The notes below the pieces were generated by a model. That model was not told the origin of the DNA and made no database searches. It was given only the letters and a program-made list of their open reading frames with translations. Both the position numbers and the translations under genes were made by a program. A stretch of 64,000 nucleotides of DNA, from assembly GCF_964204645.1 (NCBI RefSeq), contig NC_134025.1, forward strand, positions 15,004,001 to 15,068,000. Reading direction: 5' to 3'. Source of the DNA: Tubulanus polymorphus (lineage: Eukaryota > Animalia > Nemertea). Shown in pieces: positions 40,385 to 51,484 of the stretch. Each line of letters opens with the position of its first letter. The stretch's first letter is position 1.

Positions 40385-40740
40385 TCTCACAGTACACACT
40401 CTCACTCACCGTACACGCTTACAGTCACTGACTCTCACATTACACTCTCACTCAAACACTTTCACTCACTGACGCTCACAGTACACACTCTCACTCACCG
40501 TACACGCACACGGTCACTCACTCACAGTCTCACTCTCACTCAAACACTTTCACTCACTGACACTCACAGTACACACTCTCACTCACCGTACACGCTCACA
40601 GTCACTCACTCACAGTCTCACTCTCACTCAAACACTGTCACTCACTGACACTCACAGTACACTACCACTCTCTCACTCACCGTACACACTCACAGTACAA
40701 AGTACACAGTACACTGTACACAGTACACTCACTCATCTTT
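40385..40740 (+). repeat. CA/CT-rich ~90-bp tandem repeat
   Basis: Unit CTCACAGTACACACTCTCACTCACCGTACACGC..CAAACACTTTCACTCACTGA repeated ~3.5 times. Confidence 0.85.
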
Positions 40741-40832
40741 TATCTGAATCTGTTCAACATTTTTTGAGGTGTAGTCGTAGAGCTGCAGAGTTGTCTGTAC
40801 ATGTACCACGTTCTATATATATATTTTTTTTT

Positions 40833-41175
40833 TCAGTTGTTGAGGTGTCGAGGTGTAGAGCTGTAAAGTTGTCTGTACCAAAACCACATTCTCTCTATAT
40901 CTTTGTCAGTTGTTGAGGTGTCGAGGTGTAGAGGTGTAGAGTTGTCTGTACCAAAACCACATTCTCTCTATATCTCTGTCAGTTGTTGAGGTGTCGAGGT
41001 GTAGAGTTGTCTGTACCAAAACCACATTCTCTCTATATCTCTGTCAGTTGTTGAGGTGTCGAGGTGTAGAGCTGTAGAGTTGTCTGTACCAAAGCCACAT
41101 TCTCTCTATATCTTTGTCAGTTGTTCAGGTGTAGAACTGTAGAGTTGTTAGTCATAAAAGCCACGTTCTCTCTTT
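40833..41175 (+). repeat. ~64-73-bp tandem repeat (5 copies)
   Basis: TCAGTTGTTGAGGTGTCGAGGTGTAGAG..GTTGTCTGTACCAAAACCACATTCTCTCTATATC. Confidence 0.9.
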
Positions 41176-41189
41176 ATCATCATGTGTAG

Positions 41190-41904
41190 GCTATGTCGCA
41201 CCGCCATCTATCCACCAGTCCCTTTTGGATTGCTAAGTATCGCCAGGTACCATCTATAGACAATTTACGGGAGCTACCACCCGCTATAGTCCCCTATTCT
41301 TAAATCGCACCTCGCTGCAACCTCTACAACAGGTAAGCCTATTCCTGATTGTCTGGTTAGAAGTTCGCCAGCCCACTCAGTTGTTCGGAATTCTGACACT
41401 AAATTCCTGGATGCTGGGGTAGGGTCTGATTTCAATGAGGATCCGGTCCCAGAAGCGGCAATTCCTTCTGGGGTCGTTCCTGTCGCGAGCAATTTTGGGT
41501 TGCCCCATATGATGGGGACTTCCCTGGCTCGCAATGTATCTCAGTCCCGTTCAGTTTTATCCGAACCAGCGGGGGACATGCCATTTAGAGCGATGATTAT
41601 AGAGTTTTTTGTCAAACACGGGGCAACTCGCGCTAAGCCCACAGCAGCTCCTCTGGTCGGTGAGTCAATGGAAGCTTATCGCCCTCAGGATTCCGATCTT
41701 AACGTTTTACGGGAATCGTCAGCGGTTTCAAGAGAATGGGCTCGATTGGATACGCAATTATGGGGCGAATGTCGCCCTGGAACGTTTTCGTTTCCCCCTC
41801 CAGAACGGGGTATGAAATCTGGGAAATATTTTAGTTCAACCGATCCACCTATAGGCGCATTTCGCTCGGCGTATTACGCAACTCCAGGTGCTGTGGATCA
41901 CAGT
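41190..41904 (+). pseudogene. DIRS gag middle segment
   Basis: GC-richer frame ending YYATPGAVDH; continues in frame at 61507 (HIPLSARGQAYL) when the Polinton-like insert is removed. Confidence 0.6.
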
Positions 41905-41905
41905 C

Positions 41906-42283
41906 ATTGGTCGCTCCACTTCGCTACCGCTCCGCTCCGCGACCAATTGATTTATTTACAATACACAAATTCATATAATCAAATGTATTCAAATAATAAT
42001 AATTATTCTGTTATTCAACTGAAATACACACGGTTATGAAAATATATTATAGTTTTAAATTACTTTTAATATTTGTTTTTAATGAACTCGACCATTCAAC
42101 CTTTAACCTGAAAGCCCATTACCCCTATTACTCTTAAAATAATCATATACATGAATAACATTTAAATTGACAGATTATTCAATATAAAAGTATATATTTA
42201 CAACATTATTTCAATATTCATATTTGTGTGAGTTAGATTTTAAACATTAAAAGTGTTAGTAAAGTGTGATTGAAATAATGCAT
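41906..42283. repeat. Left TIR (outer ~185-bp fold-back arm missing)
   Basis: Reverse complement of 60945-61323 with few substitutions. Confidence 0.9.
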
Positions 42284-43184
42284 AGCTGTTTATACTAGAA
42301 CATGATTCTATTTGAGCCTATATACATTTCATGTAATGAACTATTGAATAAATCTATAAATTCACGGCTGTTACAGCTGTTACTATGACGCCGAGACATA
42401 TGAGTCATTATTGCAAACGTGTAGAGAACACTCTAGAACCGGAACCAGATGACGTGGCAAGAAATGAACAGGCGCTGTAACATTACGCTCAGGATATTCT
42501 ATCTCTCGAAACGAAATTAGGAGTTTATAGTTTACAATTCTAAATCTAAATGTAAGTACTGTTTTTTGTAGTTATTGGGGCTATTAAATATGAAACCTTT
42601 AGATATATTTAAGTGTATTTAGTATATCTTTTAGATGGCTAGAGTTGCCGCTAATATCTTTTAGATAAATAAAACGCCATACGCATCAAGAAGTGATAGA
42701 GAAACTCAAGATACTCTTTCTGACCAGGGAAGTGTGATGAGATGGAATACGGACGCTATTGTGCAGCTCTTGTCGAATGTGCGTTGTAATTGCCCTAAAG
42801 CCGATAACGGTTCGTCGCCGAGCGCTTTGTTACGTAACGCGCCGATAAGCGATAACCAGCGAGATCGGGAATCTCCGTAATAAATCAGTTGTTTCCGAAT
42901 ATCGGTTTTTCATCCCATAATAAACTTATATAAAAATTCCTCTGTAAACTGGTTAAACTCAACACCTGATTTCCCCTCATCAATTTTAGTCGATCAACTT
43001 GTATTCACAATTGTCTTAAATTTAAGTGCCCCCTAGTTTGTCTCTTAACTGCTTCTCTTTAATCTGTTTTAGTGTGTAACTGTTTCTACGTTAATTTTCC
43101 TTTAGTTAGTATCATCTCTGATTACTTGAATTAGTCTCTTTGTCTCTGGATTGTATATATCTTTCATAATTTCTGTAGTATTCA

Positions 43185-43230
43185 TTATTTCTGAAGATGA
43201 CTATTAGGACATGGACGAAACGTTGAATAA
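43185..43230 (+). ncRNA. Penelope-type minimal hammerhead ribozyme-like motif (degenerate)
   Basis: TTATTT-CTGAAGA-T-GACTAT..ATGGAC-GAAA-CG-TT-GAATAA: CUGANGA and GAAA cores, stem I TTATTT/GAATAA, imperfect stem II. Confidence 0.45.
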
Positions 43231-43839
43231 ACTACTAACATTTTTGGACTTTTTCGTTATCATTGTGGGATTCTCTCTACATCGCTTCAGACGGATATAG
43301 TGTTTTATCAATCGTGATATCGGTTCTTTCCGCTGTATTAAAATGGCAGCGGTTGTCAACGAAATTATAAATGATGACGATTTTGACGATCTATTCTTTG
43401 ATAGTGACGAATTGGTTCAGATCGATACGGAAATATTACGGGAATCCTCTGGATCAGGATCAACTAATTCGGCCGATTCTAGTGAGTGTTATTCCTTTTG
43501 AATCAATGAAATATCGGAATAGTTTCCACCTAATTGCAGGCACTTCTTTCCTTTTCTTATTCATATAGGTACTTCTCAGGCTCAGCTGACCAGAGACTGC
43601 GATCTGAACACGAGAAAACACACATACAGGTATTTTTTACATTTATTTTTATAATCAATACAATCCTTTTAGGTTATAAAATAATAAACGAATACAAAAA
43701 ATAATACATAAACATAATATAAAAAATCCAGATAAGTACATGTTAAAATAATAATCATTATTATTATTTTCGCAGGAACACTATATATTTGGAAAAGGCT
43801 ATGACTGAAGTGATTAACCATCGAGTATTTAAATTCAGT

Positions 43840-44172
43840 TCAAATGGAATGGCAGCAGTACATTATGGAAAATCGATCGATAAAATTTTGACTACAAATA
43901 AGTCGCCGTCCAGACTTGGAATTAACCAGTGGTTTACATGTCCATTGTTTTAATTTGATAGTAACAGGGACAGTTTTTTTAACGTTTTTGTTCTTACGCC
44001 ATTTTTGTAATTTGACACGACACATATTACAGATATATATCGGGTACTGTTCAGTATCATCATCAAAATCAATGTTGAACAACTCCTTCACATGGCTTTT
44101 GAAATTATTTTTATCGATAGGACGACGATCCGGAGGTTTCGCATTTTTTCCACACAATCGACAAAGATCCAT
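43840..44172 (-). pseudogene. RAG1/Chapaev N-terminal-like C4 zinc-binding domain fragment
   Basis: LCRLCG..FNIDFDDDTEQYPIYICNMCRVKL resembles CRxCG..FxIDxxxD...HP..FCxxC. Confidence 0.55.
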
Positions 44173-45618
44173 GACTAAAAACAAAAAAAGGTTAATTAAA
44201 TGAGATTGCTGATGCTATTTAGGCAACTTTGTTTATATGGGGGACAATAATTTGTAGGCCTAATGTAAGCGTTATTAAGTAACATTATTATGTAGTAAAT
44301 ACACATTTTAAAGATCATACTTCGTGTATATGTTTGTGTCGTAACATAGCAACATGACGTCAGAAACGAAAGCTGCGCGAGTCTGGGCCGAAATATTTGA
44401 CATCTTCAAGGCCCAAATAACGCTAAACCCGGAATCGGAACGAACTGGCAAAAACATATGTTTAACACATAAAAACAGACTTTAATCACAATATAAATAC
44501 TTAATGTTCCGATACCGGGTTTCGGAGATATAGAAGAATAAAAATACATACCTTTTTGGACAAATTTTACGAGAAATTGTTGAATTTCAACCGATTTTCG
44601 ATAGAAAAATATGTGCATACAGAGCCACTTCCACGTTGTTCAATGAACTGCAGTGCGCATGCGTAGTATCGATCGCAGAACATTTATCTGGCTAAAACTA
44701 TTGCGGGTTGTTCTGCGACCGAATCAAAGTTGATGTTGACTGGTGTTCAGCTGGTAACACACACTCGATAAGCGTAGCTTACTGCTGTTGCGGTAACCTT
44801 TGATGTACGGGCTGAATTGAATAGCCTACATCCGGCAATTAAAAGCGTCCGTATTCCATCTCATCACACTTCCCTGTTCTGACTGAGGAATCAACAGCAA
44901 TGGATATCGAACCAATAGAAATTAGCACAAGAAACACAAGAATCGCCAAAAGATCGACGAAGAAACTATATAAGAATTTCAAAAACATTAAGACTCCAAT
45001 GATTAGGTTTAACATTTATTGATGTAGTTAAATATTTACCAGCAATTGAAAAAATGTTTGTAATTATAAATTGTATTTATAGAAATCAAATGATGTATTG
45101 GAAGAAACGGCCGAACAACTTGTATAATGTATTGTGTAAATCTGATTGGTGAATTTTTATGTTCAGTCGTTTCTATTATGATTAGCGCATGCGCATTAAG
45201 CAAAAGCGCGCATAAATGGCCGCATGTAACGCATGTGACGAGGACATGAATGCGTTTGAATTTTCTATGTTCGGTCGTTTCTATTTTACAGAATTTATAG
45301 AATGAATATATAATTATGATTAACACATGTGCATTAAGCAAAACCGGCCATAAATGGCCGCATGTAACGCATGTGTTGTTTCTATTTTACAGAATTTATA
45401 GAATGAATATATATTTATGATTAGCGCATGCGCATTAAGCAAAAGCGCGCCTGTATGTCCGCATGTGACGCGGGTATTGTAACTAGTATGATTTAGATAT
45501 CAAGGAATCGAAACTGACTTATCAAAAGCAGCGAGGAATGAAAAAGGATGACGTTGGTCGAAGAAATGGAAGAGGATTCTAAAATATTAACCAATTTAGT
45601 AAAAAATACGTATAATAA

Positions 45619-46119
45619 ATGGAACCAGAACAACCACAAACTATCAATATTACAAATAACACTGGTGTTATAAATATATATTACAAGAAGTGTTCTAAAT
45701 GTGAATTAGATAAATTAGCTTTAACAGAATTTAGTAAGCGTAAGATTAGCAAAGATGGTTTTCAATATTGCTGTAAAACTTGCACTAAACTATATACCAA
45801 ACAATATCGAGAAGATAATATAGAACATTATAATTATTATATGGCAGAATATATGAGAGAAAGATATCAAACAGATACAGTCAAACAGTTACCAATATCT
45901 AAATTTAACATGAATGATGAATACAATAAAAAACTTATTTGGGGTTGGAAAAATTTAAGACCTTTAGAAAAGAAGGAAAACATAATTAAATCTAATAAAC
46001 TAGATTTACAGTTATATTTAGAACAGTTAACAAAGGCAAAGAAATTTATTGATCAATGGAACAATGATCCAAATAATGAACAATACGTTGAGGAATTTGA
46101 TATCAAGGATCCGAAATGA
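45619..46119 (+). CDS. Zinc-ribbon + HNH/endonuclease-VII-like protein, probably internally deleted
   Basis: KCSKC..EF..DGFQYCCKTC and LPISKF..WKNLRPLEKKENIIKSNK; the expected HIDH segment is absent. Confidence 0.55.
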   Translation: MEPEQPQTINITNNTGVINIYYKKCSKCELDKLALTEFSKRKISKDGFQYCCKTCTKLYTKQYREDNIEHYNYYMAEYMRERYQTDTVKQLPISKFNMNDEYNKKLIWGWKNLRPLEKKENIIKSNKLDLQLYLEQLTKAKKFIDQWNNDPNNEQYVEEFDIKDPK

Positions 46120-46417
46120 CTTATCTGGACAGTTATAATTACTGCTCCTAATAGATAAACAAAAGTAGTGAGATATCAAATAGAATTCAAATAAAATATA
46201 TTAAAAATTACATATCTTCAACAAGCTAGTATTAGTTATTGTTTTTTTAATACTTTCTTTTCAAAAAGAATACTTTATATCACAAATAAAAAATACTAAA
46301 AAAACAATAACTAATACAAATTCTTTACCTTTAACTAAGCTAGTATTAATCTAAAGAGATACTGGTATCATTTTATAATACTTATAATATTTTTCTTATT
46401 AAATTTCTCTAATATAA

Positions 46418-46989
46418 ATGTCAAAGAAATCGAGTAAGAATAGTATTGATATTGAAAAAACATTAGATGATTTGGGCATTAGTGATAATAAGGATATTCC
46501 GGCCAAAATTGAAAATAATATTCAAGTTAATTGTAATATAGATTATGAATACTATTTATATTGTAAACACCATCTTGAACTATTCAAGAATTAGATGCTA
46601 TGAAACCAGATAAAGTAATAAAATATTTTAAGATTTATGAAGAAGCTAGATTAGCTAGAATAAATGATTCTATTTCAGATGGTATTGTCAAATGTTATTC
46701 TAAGTTATGTAACCAGTTAATACCAATTGATGATGAAAATAAATTATATAGTGATTTGAAAAATGACTACTTAGTTATGACTGAATTACAAAAATGGGTT
46801 GGTTATGCTTCATTTCAATTAGGATCGGTTATGACATTAATTTCTACTGGTGTCATAACATTTTCGAACATTAAGCCTATGGAATATAAATCAGGTAAGA
46901 ACGAAACAGATGAACGAAACGCTGTACTACAACCAAACGTCGAAACAGAAAATGAATCAGAACAAAAATTAACTAAAATAAATGAGTGA
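46418..46989 (+). pseudogene. Unknown Polinton-like virus protein (frameshifted)
   Basis: TAAATG start at 46418, continuing into ORF 46600-46989. Confidence 0.55.
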
Positions 46990-47350
46990 TAGCGTTAAGA
47001 AAAAGGCTAGATCCGAGAAACAAATTAAATGGGCAAGAGAATTAGGTAAAAGATCTTCAGAATTAAAAAAAGCTAAGAAAAAGAAATTAACTGATATAAA
47101 TGAATCACAGACTTTATCTGATATTGATTCAAATAATAATCCATCTAATTCTTCTAATGCTGGAAGTAATTATAAATTATATATTACAATTGGATTAGTA
47201 ACAGTTATTATATTATCCGGTGTAATATATAAATCAAAATTCAAATCTGACGATAAAGATGATTCCAATGACAATAAACCTATCATACCAGAAAATAAGT
47301 CAAATGATAAAGTCATTGAAAATAAACCAAGATTATTATTAATGGATTAA
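46982..47350 (+). CDS. Basic N-terminus + single transmembrane protein
   Basis: RSEKQIKWARELGK; hydrophobic LYITIGLVTVIILSGVIY. Confidence 0.7.
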   Translation: MSDSVKKKARSEKQIKWARELGKRSSELKKAKKKKLTDINESQTLSDIDSNNNPSNSSNAGSNYKLYITIGLVTVIILSGVIYKSKFKSDDKDDSNDNKPIIPENKSNDKVIENKPRLLLMD

Positions 47351-47356
47351 AATAAG

Positions 47357-48475
47357 ATGAAAAAAGAACAATATTTAAGAGAGTTATATTATAACCCAGA
47401 AAGTGAAGTATCATATTCTAACGTTTCAGAATTATGGAATAAAATTAAATCTGATAATGAAAATGGTGATGGTGCCGTATGGCACCCACATTGTGGTATA
47501 AAATATAGTGAATTGAAATCATGGTTACAAAATCAACCAACATATCAAATCCACAAGAAAATGGATAAAACTTATTTAACAAGAAAAGTTATGGTTTCAT
47601 ATATCGATCAACAATGGCAAGCAGATTTAATTGACATGAAGAACTTAGAAGAATACAACAAAGGATATTTCTGGATACTGAATGTTATAGACATATTCAG
47701 TAGATACGCATGGTCAATTCCAATCAAAAATAAAACTGGTATAGAAGTAACAAATGCTTTTAAATCAATATTTAAAGAAGCTATTCCAGATAAGATACAA
47801 TTTGATGAAGGTAAGGAATTTTATAACAAACATTTCAAAAAACTATTATCTGATAACGATGTAGATTATTTTTCAACACACTCAGATAAAAAAGCATCTA
47901 TTATAGAAAGATTTAATAAAACATTGAAAACTAGAATGTGGAAATATTTTACTGCTAATGAAACGTATAAATATATCGATGTATTAGATGATTTAGTGAA
48001 AGGTTATAATAATTCTAAACATAGTTCTATAAATATGAAACCTATACAAGCTAGAAAAGAAGATAATTCGGAAATAGTTTGGAATAATTTATATGGAGCA
48101 TTTGTTACACATGATTTTGGAGAACCTAAATTTAAAATAGGACAACACGTAAGAATATCTAAATATAGAAAAACCTTTTATAAAGGTTATACCCCAAATT
48201 TTACAGAAGAAATATTCAAGATTAAAAAGATAATATTAACTAAACCATTTGTTTATAAATTAGAAGATCTAAAAGATGAAGAAATATTAGGTTATTTCTA
48301 TGAACAAGAATTATCACTTGTACCAAATCCAGATGAAATAGAATACAAAATAGAAAAAGTATTGAAAACAAAAACTCTTAAAGGAAAAAAGTATTCTTTG
48401 GTGAAATATAAAGGATATGATGATAAATTTAATGAATGGATTTTATCTAGTAAAATTAAAAGAATAAATGAATAA
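47357..48475 (+). CDS. Retroviral-like (rve) integrase with C-terminal chromodomain
   Basis: WQADLIDM, IDIFSRYAW, QFDEGKEF, KASIIERFNKTLK (D,D,E); YKIEKVLK..YSLVKYKGY..FNEWI chromo; intact 372 aa. Confidence 0.95.
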   Translation: MKKEQYLRELYYNPESEVSYSNVSELWNKIKSDNENGDGAVWHPHCGIKYSELKSWLQNQPTYQIHKKMDKTYLTRKVMVSYIDQQWQADLIDMKNLEEYNKGYFWILNVIDIFSRYAWSIPIKNKTGIEVTNAFKSIFKEAIPDKIQFDEGKEFYNKHFKKLLSDNDVDYFSTHSDKKASIIERFNKTLKTRMWKYFTANETYKYIDVLDDLVKGYNNSKHSSINMKPIQARKEDNSEIVWNNLYGAFVTHDFGEPKFKIGQHVRISKYRKTFYKGYTPNFTEEIFKIKKIILTKPFVYKLEDLKDEEILGYFYEQELSLVPNPDEIEYKIEKVLKTKTLKGKKYSLVKYKGYDDKFNEWILSSKIKRINE

Positions 48476-49071
48476 AGATTTATTTATATTTGAACCGCAT
48501 AATATGTTAGTTACTGGTGTAACCAATTGTGGTAAAACACATTTCATATTAGATTTGTTAGAAACTGTTTATAAGAATCATTTTGATAATATAATATTAT
48601 TTTGTCCTACTTATGAAATGAATAAAACATATAATAGAGATATAGTTAAGATAAAAAAGTTTATTATATTAGATCCTAAAAAAGTAAAAGAAAATTTAGA
48701 TAATTGTATTAAAATAGCAATTGATACTTATAAAGGATCAAATACATTATTCATTATAGATGATTGCGCAAATTTACATGATTCAAAAGTGAGAGAAAGT
48801 GAGTTATGTTATCTAGCTTTCTCTGGGAGACATTTTGGGATAACAACATGGGTTTTAAATCAAAAATATAATTCAATTGTTAAAGACTTTAGGGAGAATA
48901 TAAGATTTCTTTTATAACAAAGATAAAAAATCTATGCAACAATCATTGGAAGAAAATCAAATTATACCTACTGAATTACATGATGAATATATGAATAAAT
49001 TAAAGAATAATAAAGGTTCAAAATTATTACTGAGACTACAATTTCCCTATGAATATAAATTTATAAAATAA
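48468..49071 (+). pseudogene. A32/FtsK-like packaging ATPase (frameshift ~48910)
   Basis: Walker A GVTNCGKT, Walker B LFIIDD, SGRHFGI, NQKY. Confidence 0.9.
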
Positions 49072-49093
49072 CTATTTATATATCTATCTATCT

Positions 49094-49400
49094 AATACGT
49101 ATTAAATACGTATTAAATACATTAATACTTAAAACCCCCTTTTTTAAAATAAATATTATTCATACAATTTTCAACCAATTTATTTTTATTTTTTTCAACT
49201 AATATATGAATAAGAAAATAATAAAGGTTATTTATTATTACTGAGGTTTCAATATAAATTTAAAAAAGAAATATAATTTAAGGTATTTTCAAATAATACG
49301 TATTAGATACGTATTAGATACGTATTAGATACGTATTAAATACCTTAATACTTAAAACCCCCTTTTTTATTTACTATTATTTTATACAATTTTCAACCTT
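49094..49400. repeat. Two blocks of 11-bp iterons (AATACGTATT palindrome or GATACGTATT variant), between convergent gene cassettes
   Basis: 49094-49145 and 49296-49370, each followed by TAATACTTAAAACCCCCTTTTTT. Confidence 0.85.
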
Positions 49401-49402
49401 TA

Positions 49403-50275
49403 TTACTTTTTGAGTGTTAGATAATCACTTTCTGAATCACTTTCACTATCAGACCCTAACAATTTATTCAAATGCTCTACCGTATCTTCATAAATAATTG
49501 GTTTATTGATATACTTATTAGTCATCTCAACTATATCTTTATTTTCTGATTTAAGTTTGATAGAATCTTTATTATCAATGCGCTTTCCTGTATTTTCATT
49601 ATTATCTTTATTAGTGTTTGCTCCTAATATTTCATTTACAGTGTTTGATCCTAATATTTCATTAGCATTGGTTAGATCTAATTCATCTTTATTAGGTGTT
49701 GCTAATAATAAATCTTCATATATTTTTTCACCATTTACTTTTTGATTAGAAACAAACTTTGTAACATATCTAAATGGGTGTTCTATAAATTCTTTTAAAC
49801 CAACACGTTCTATAACATTATTTATATGTACCCTTGTATTCATATGTTTATTCCAATTTGATGGAGCGTTTGAAAATTCACTTTTACAATATCCACAATA
49901 ATTTCTATTTTCACTAACATTTAATATTATTTCATTATTAGATGTAGAAGGTATTACATTATTAGATGTAGAAGGTATTACATTATTAGATGTAGAAGGT
50001 ATTACATTATTAGATGTAGTAGGTATTACATTATTAGATGTAGTAGGTATTTCATTATTAGATGTAGAAGGTATTACATTATTATCAATTACATTACTTA
50101 AATTATCAACAACTTCACTTTTATTATTATTGATTTCTATTAGTTTAGTTTTATAAATTTTGAAAATAGGATCAAATATCAAAGCTATATTACAAGGTAT
50201 TACATAATATAAACCATCATTATTTTCATGTGTATCGATGTATGGAATATGTTTATATACTTTACCTCCTTCCAT
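49403..50275 (-). CDS. Unknown protein with 8-aa tandem repeats (NNVIPSTS x6) and a C2H2-type finger
   Basis: 24-bp repeats ~49930-50085; CGYCKSEF..WNKHMNTRVH. Confidence 0.7.
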   Translation of the reverse strand: MEGGKVYKHIPYIDTHENNDGLYYVIPCNIALIFDPIFKIYKTKLIEINNNKSEVVDNLSNVIDNNVIPSTSNNEIPTTSNNVIPTTSNNVIPSTSNNVIPSTSNNVIPSTSNNEIILNVSENRNYCGYCKSEFSNAPSNWNKHMNTRVHINNVIERVGLKEFIEHPFRYVTKFVSNQKVNGEKIYEDLLLATPNKDELDLTNANEILGSNTVNEILGANTNKDNNENTGKRIDNKDSIKLKSENKDIVEMTNKYINKPIIYEDTVEHLNKLLGSDSESDSESDYLTLKK

Positions 50276-50307
50276 TTATATAATAAATTTTTATTAAAGT
50301 TAAAATT

Positions 50308-51464
50308 TTAATACATAACACTATTTAATTGAGAATTTACAATATTTAATTGCGCGTCAGATATAATATAAATATGCATTTTAAAATTTTTGATTCCTTT
50401 ATTCTTTGTCATGAATAATTGTATTCCATCTTTAGTGTTCTGTAGTTTTTTTCCAGAACCATGTAATCTAAAATCTAACCATAATGCATATTTATTACCG
50501 GTATAATAATCAATTTGATTAATATTACAATTTTCAGATGATTTCACTTTTTCATTCATAAAATGTTTTCTAATTTCTGGCCATTGATCAATCATTCTCA
50601 TTCCTTGACAAAATATTTTATTTGCTATTCCTTCGATAGTTATTTCTACTTTTGTTATTTCAGGATTATAATAATTATCAACATTTATTGCGCCATTAGT
50701 ATATGTTGCAATGGTAAAAAATATTAATATACCTTTAATAGATCTTCTTGGGAAGTTATTATTCTCATTAATAATTTCATCATTTGCATTAATAGTTACA
50801 ATTTTAAATTTATCAATATAATCATATAATAATGAAAATCCTTGATTGTATTGAGTTTGAATTATACTTGAAATATTTTCATCAGTTACTGTGTCATATT
50901 CTAAACATATATTCGATAATTTATAACTCATATCGTTATTAACGCTAGATATTACAATTTCATTAACAGGAGCAAATGTTATCTCAAATATAACGTCTTC
51001 TTGAATTGCGTATTCATATAAAGGTGCATTGTTATTTATCAATTCAAAGTCTAATGGAATTGACAGCTGGATATAGCTGGAACTGATTGGATTCCTTGGA
51101 ATATCATATTATTTCTATTTTCTTTAGTTAACCATAAATCTTTATAATGCATAAATAAATTATAATCATCTAATGAGAAAACAGTTTCTGGACCAATCTT
51201 TATTGTTAATTTTTTAATCAAATATCTTCCAACATTATCAACAACATAATTATTATTATTACCGATTACTTTTATATCAGCTGATAAATAAATACTATTT
51301 GGAACATAAAAAGTATTTTGTGTTAATCGAGGAATTCTAACATATAAAGTTTCATCGGGATTAATATTAGAAGGGTTATGAGTAATTATATGATGTGATC
51401 TTTCTGCTTTAATAGCATTAGATATTCTATGATTCTTCGAAGGACTTATATAACTCCCACTCAT
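50308..51464 (-). pseudogene. Major capsid protein (double jelly-roll predicted), frameshift/deletion ~51050-51080
   Basis: HNPSNINPDETLYVRIPRL, IPLDFEL, YKLSNICLEYDTV, FPRRSIKGILIFF, YNPEITKVEITIEG; typical of Polinton-like MCPs; fold not verified. Confidence 0.75.
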
Positions 51465-51484
51465 TTATTTAACAAAAAAATTAA

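Larger units (their letters stand above)
42725..44876. mobile_element. Non-autonomous P-like DNA transposon nested in the virus
   Basis: Perfect 33-bp TIR CAGGGAAGTGTGATGAGATGGAATACGGACGCT; 7-bp TSD TTCTGAC (42718-42724, 44877-44883); CA..TG termini; superfamily inferred from termini and TSD only. Confidence 0.85.

Noticed and set aside
40833-41175. Regularly spaced repeats resembling a CRISPR array
   Set aside because: Units are contiguous tandem copies without unique spacers; eukaryotic context, no cas genes
41905-42039. C-terminal part of ORF 41500-42039
   Set aside because: Read-through of DIRS gag into the viral TIR, not a real coding sequence
47351-47359. ATAAG before integrase as baculovirus late promoter
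   Set aside because: Single occurrence; as likely a variant of TAAATG or chance
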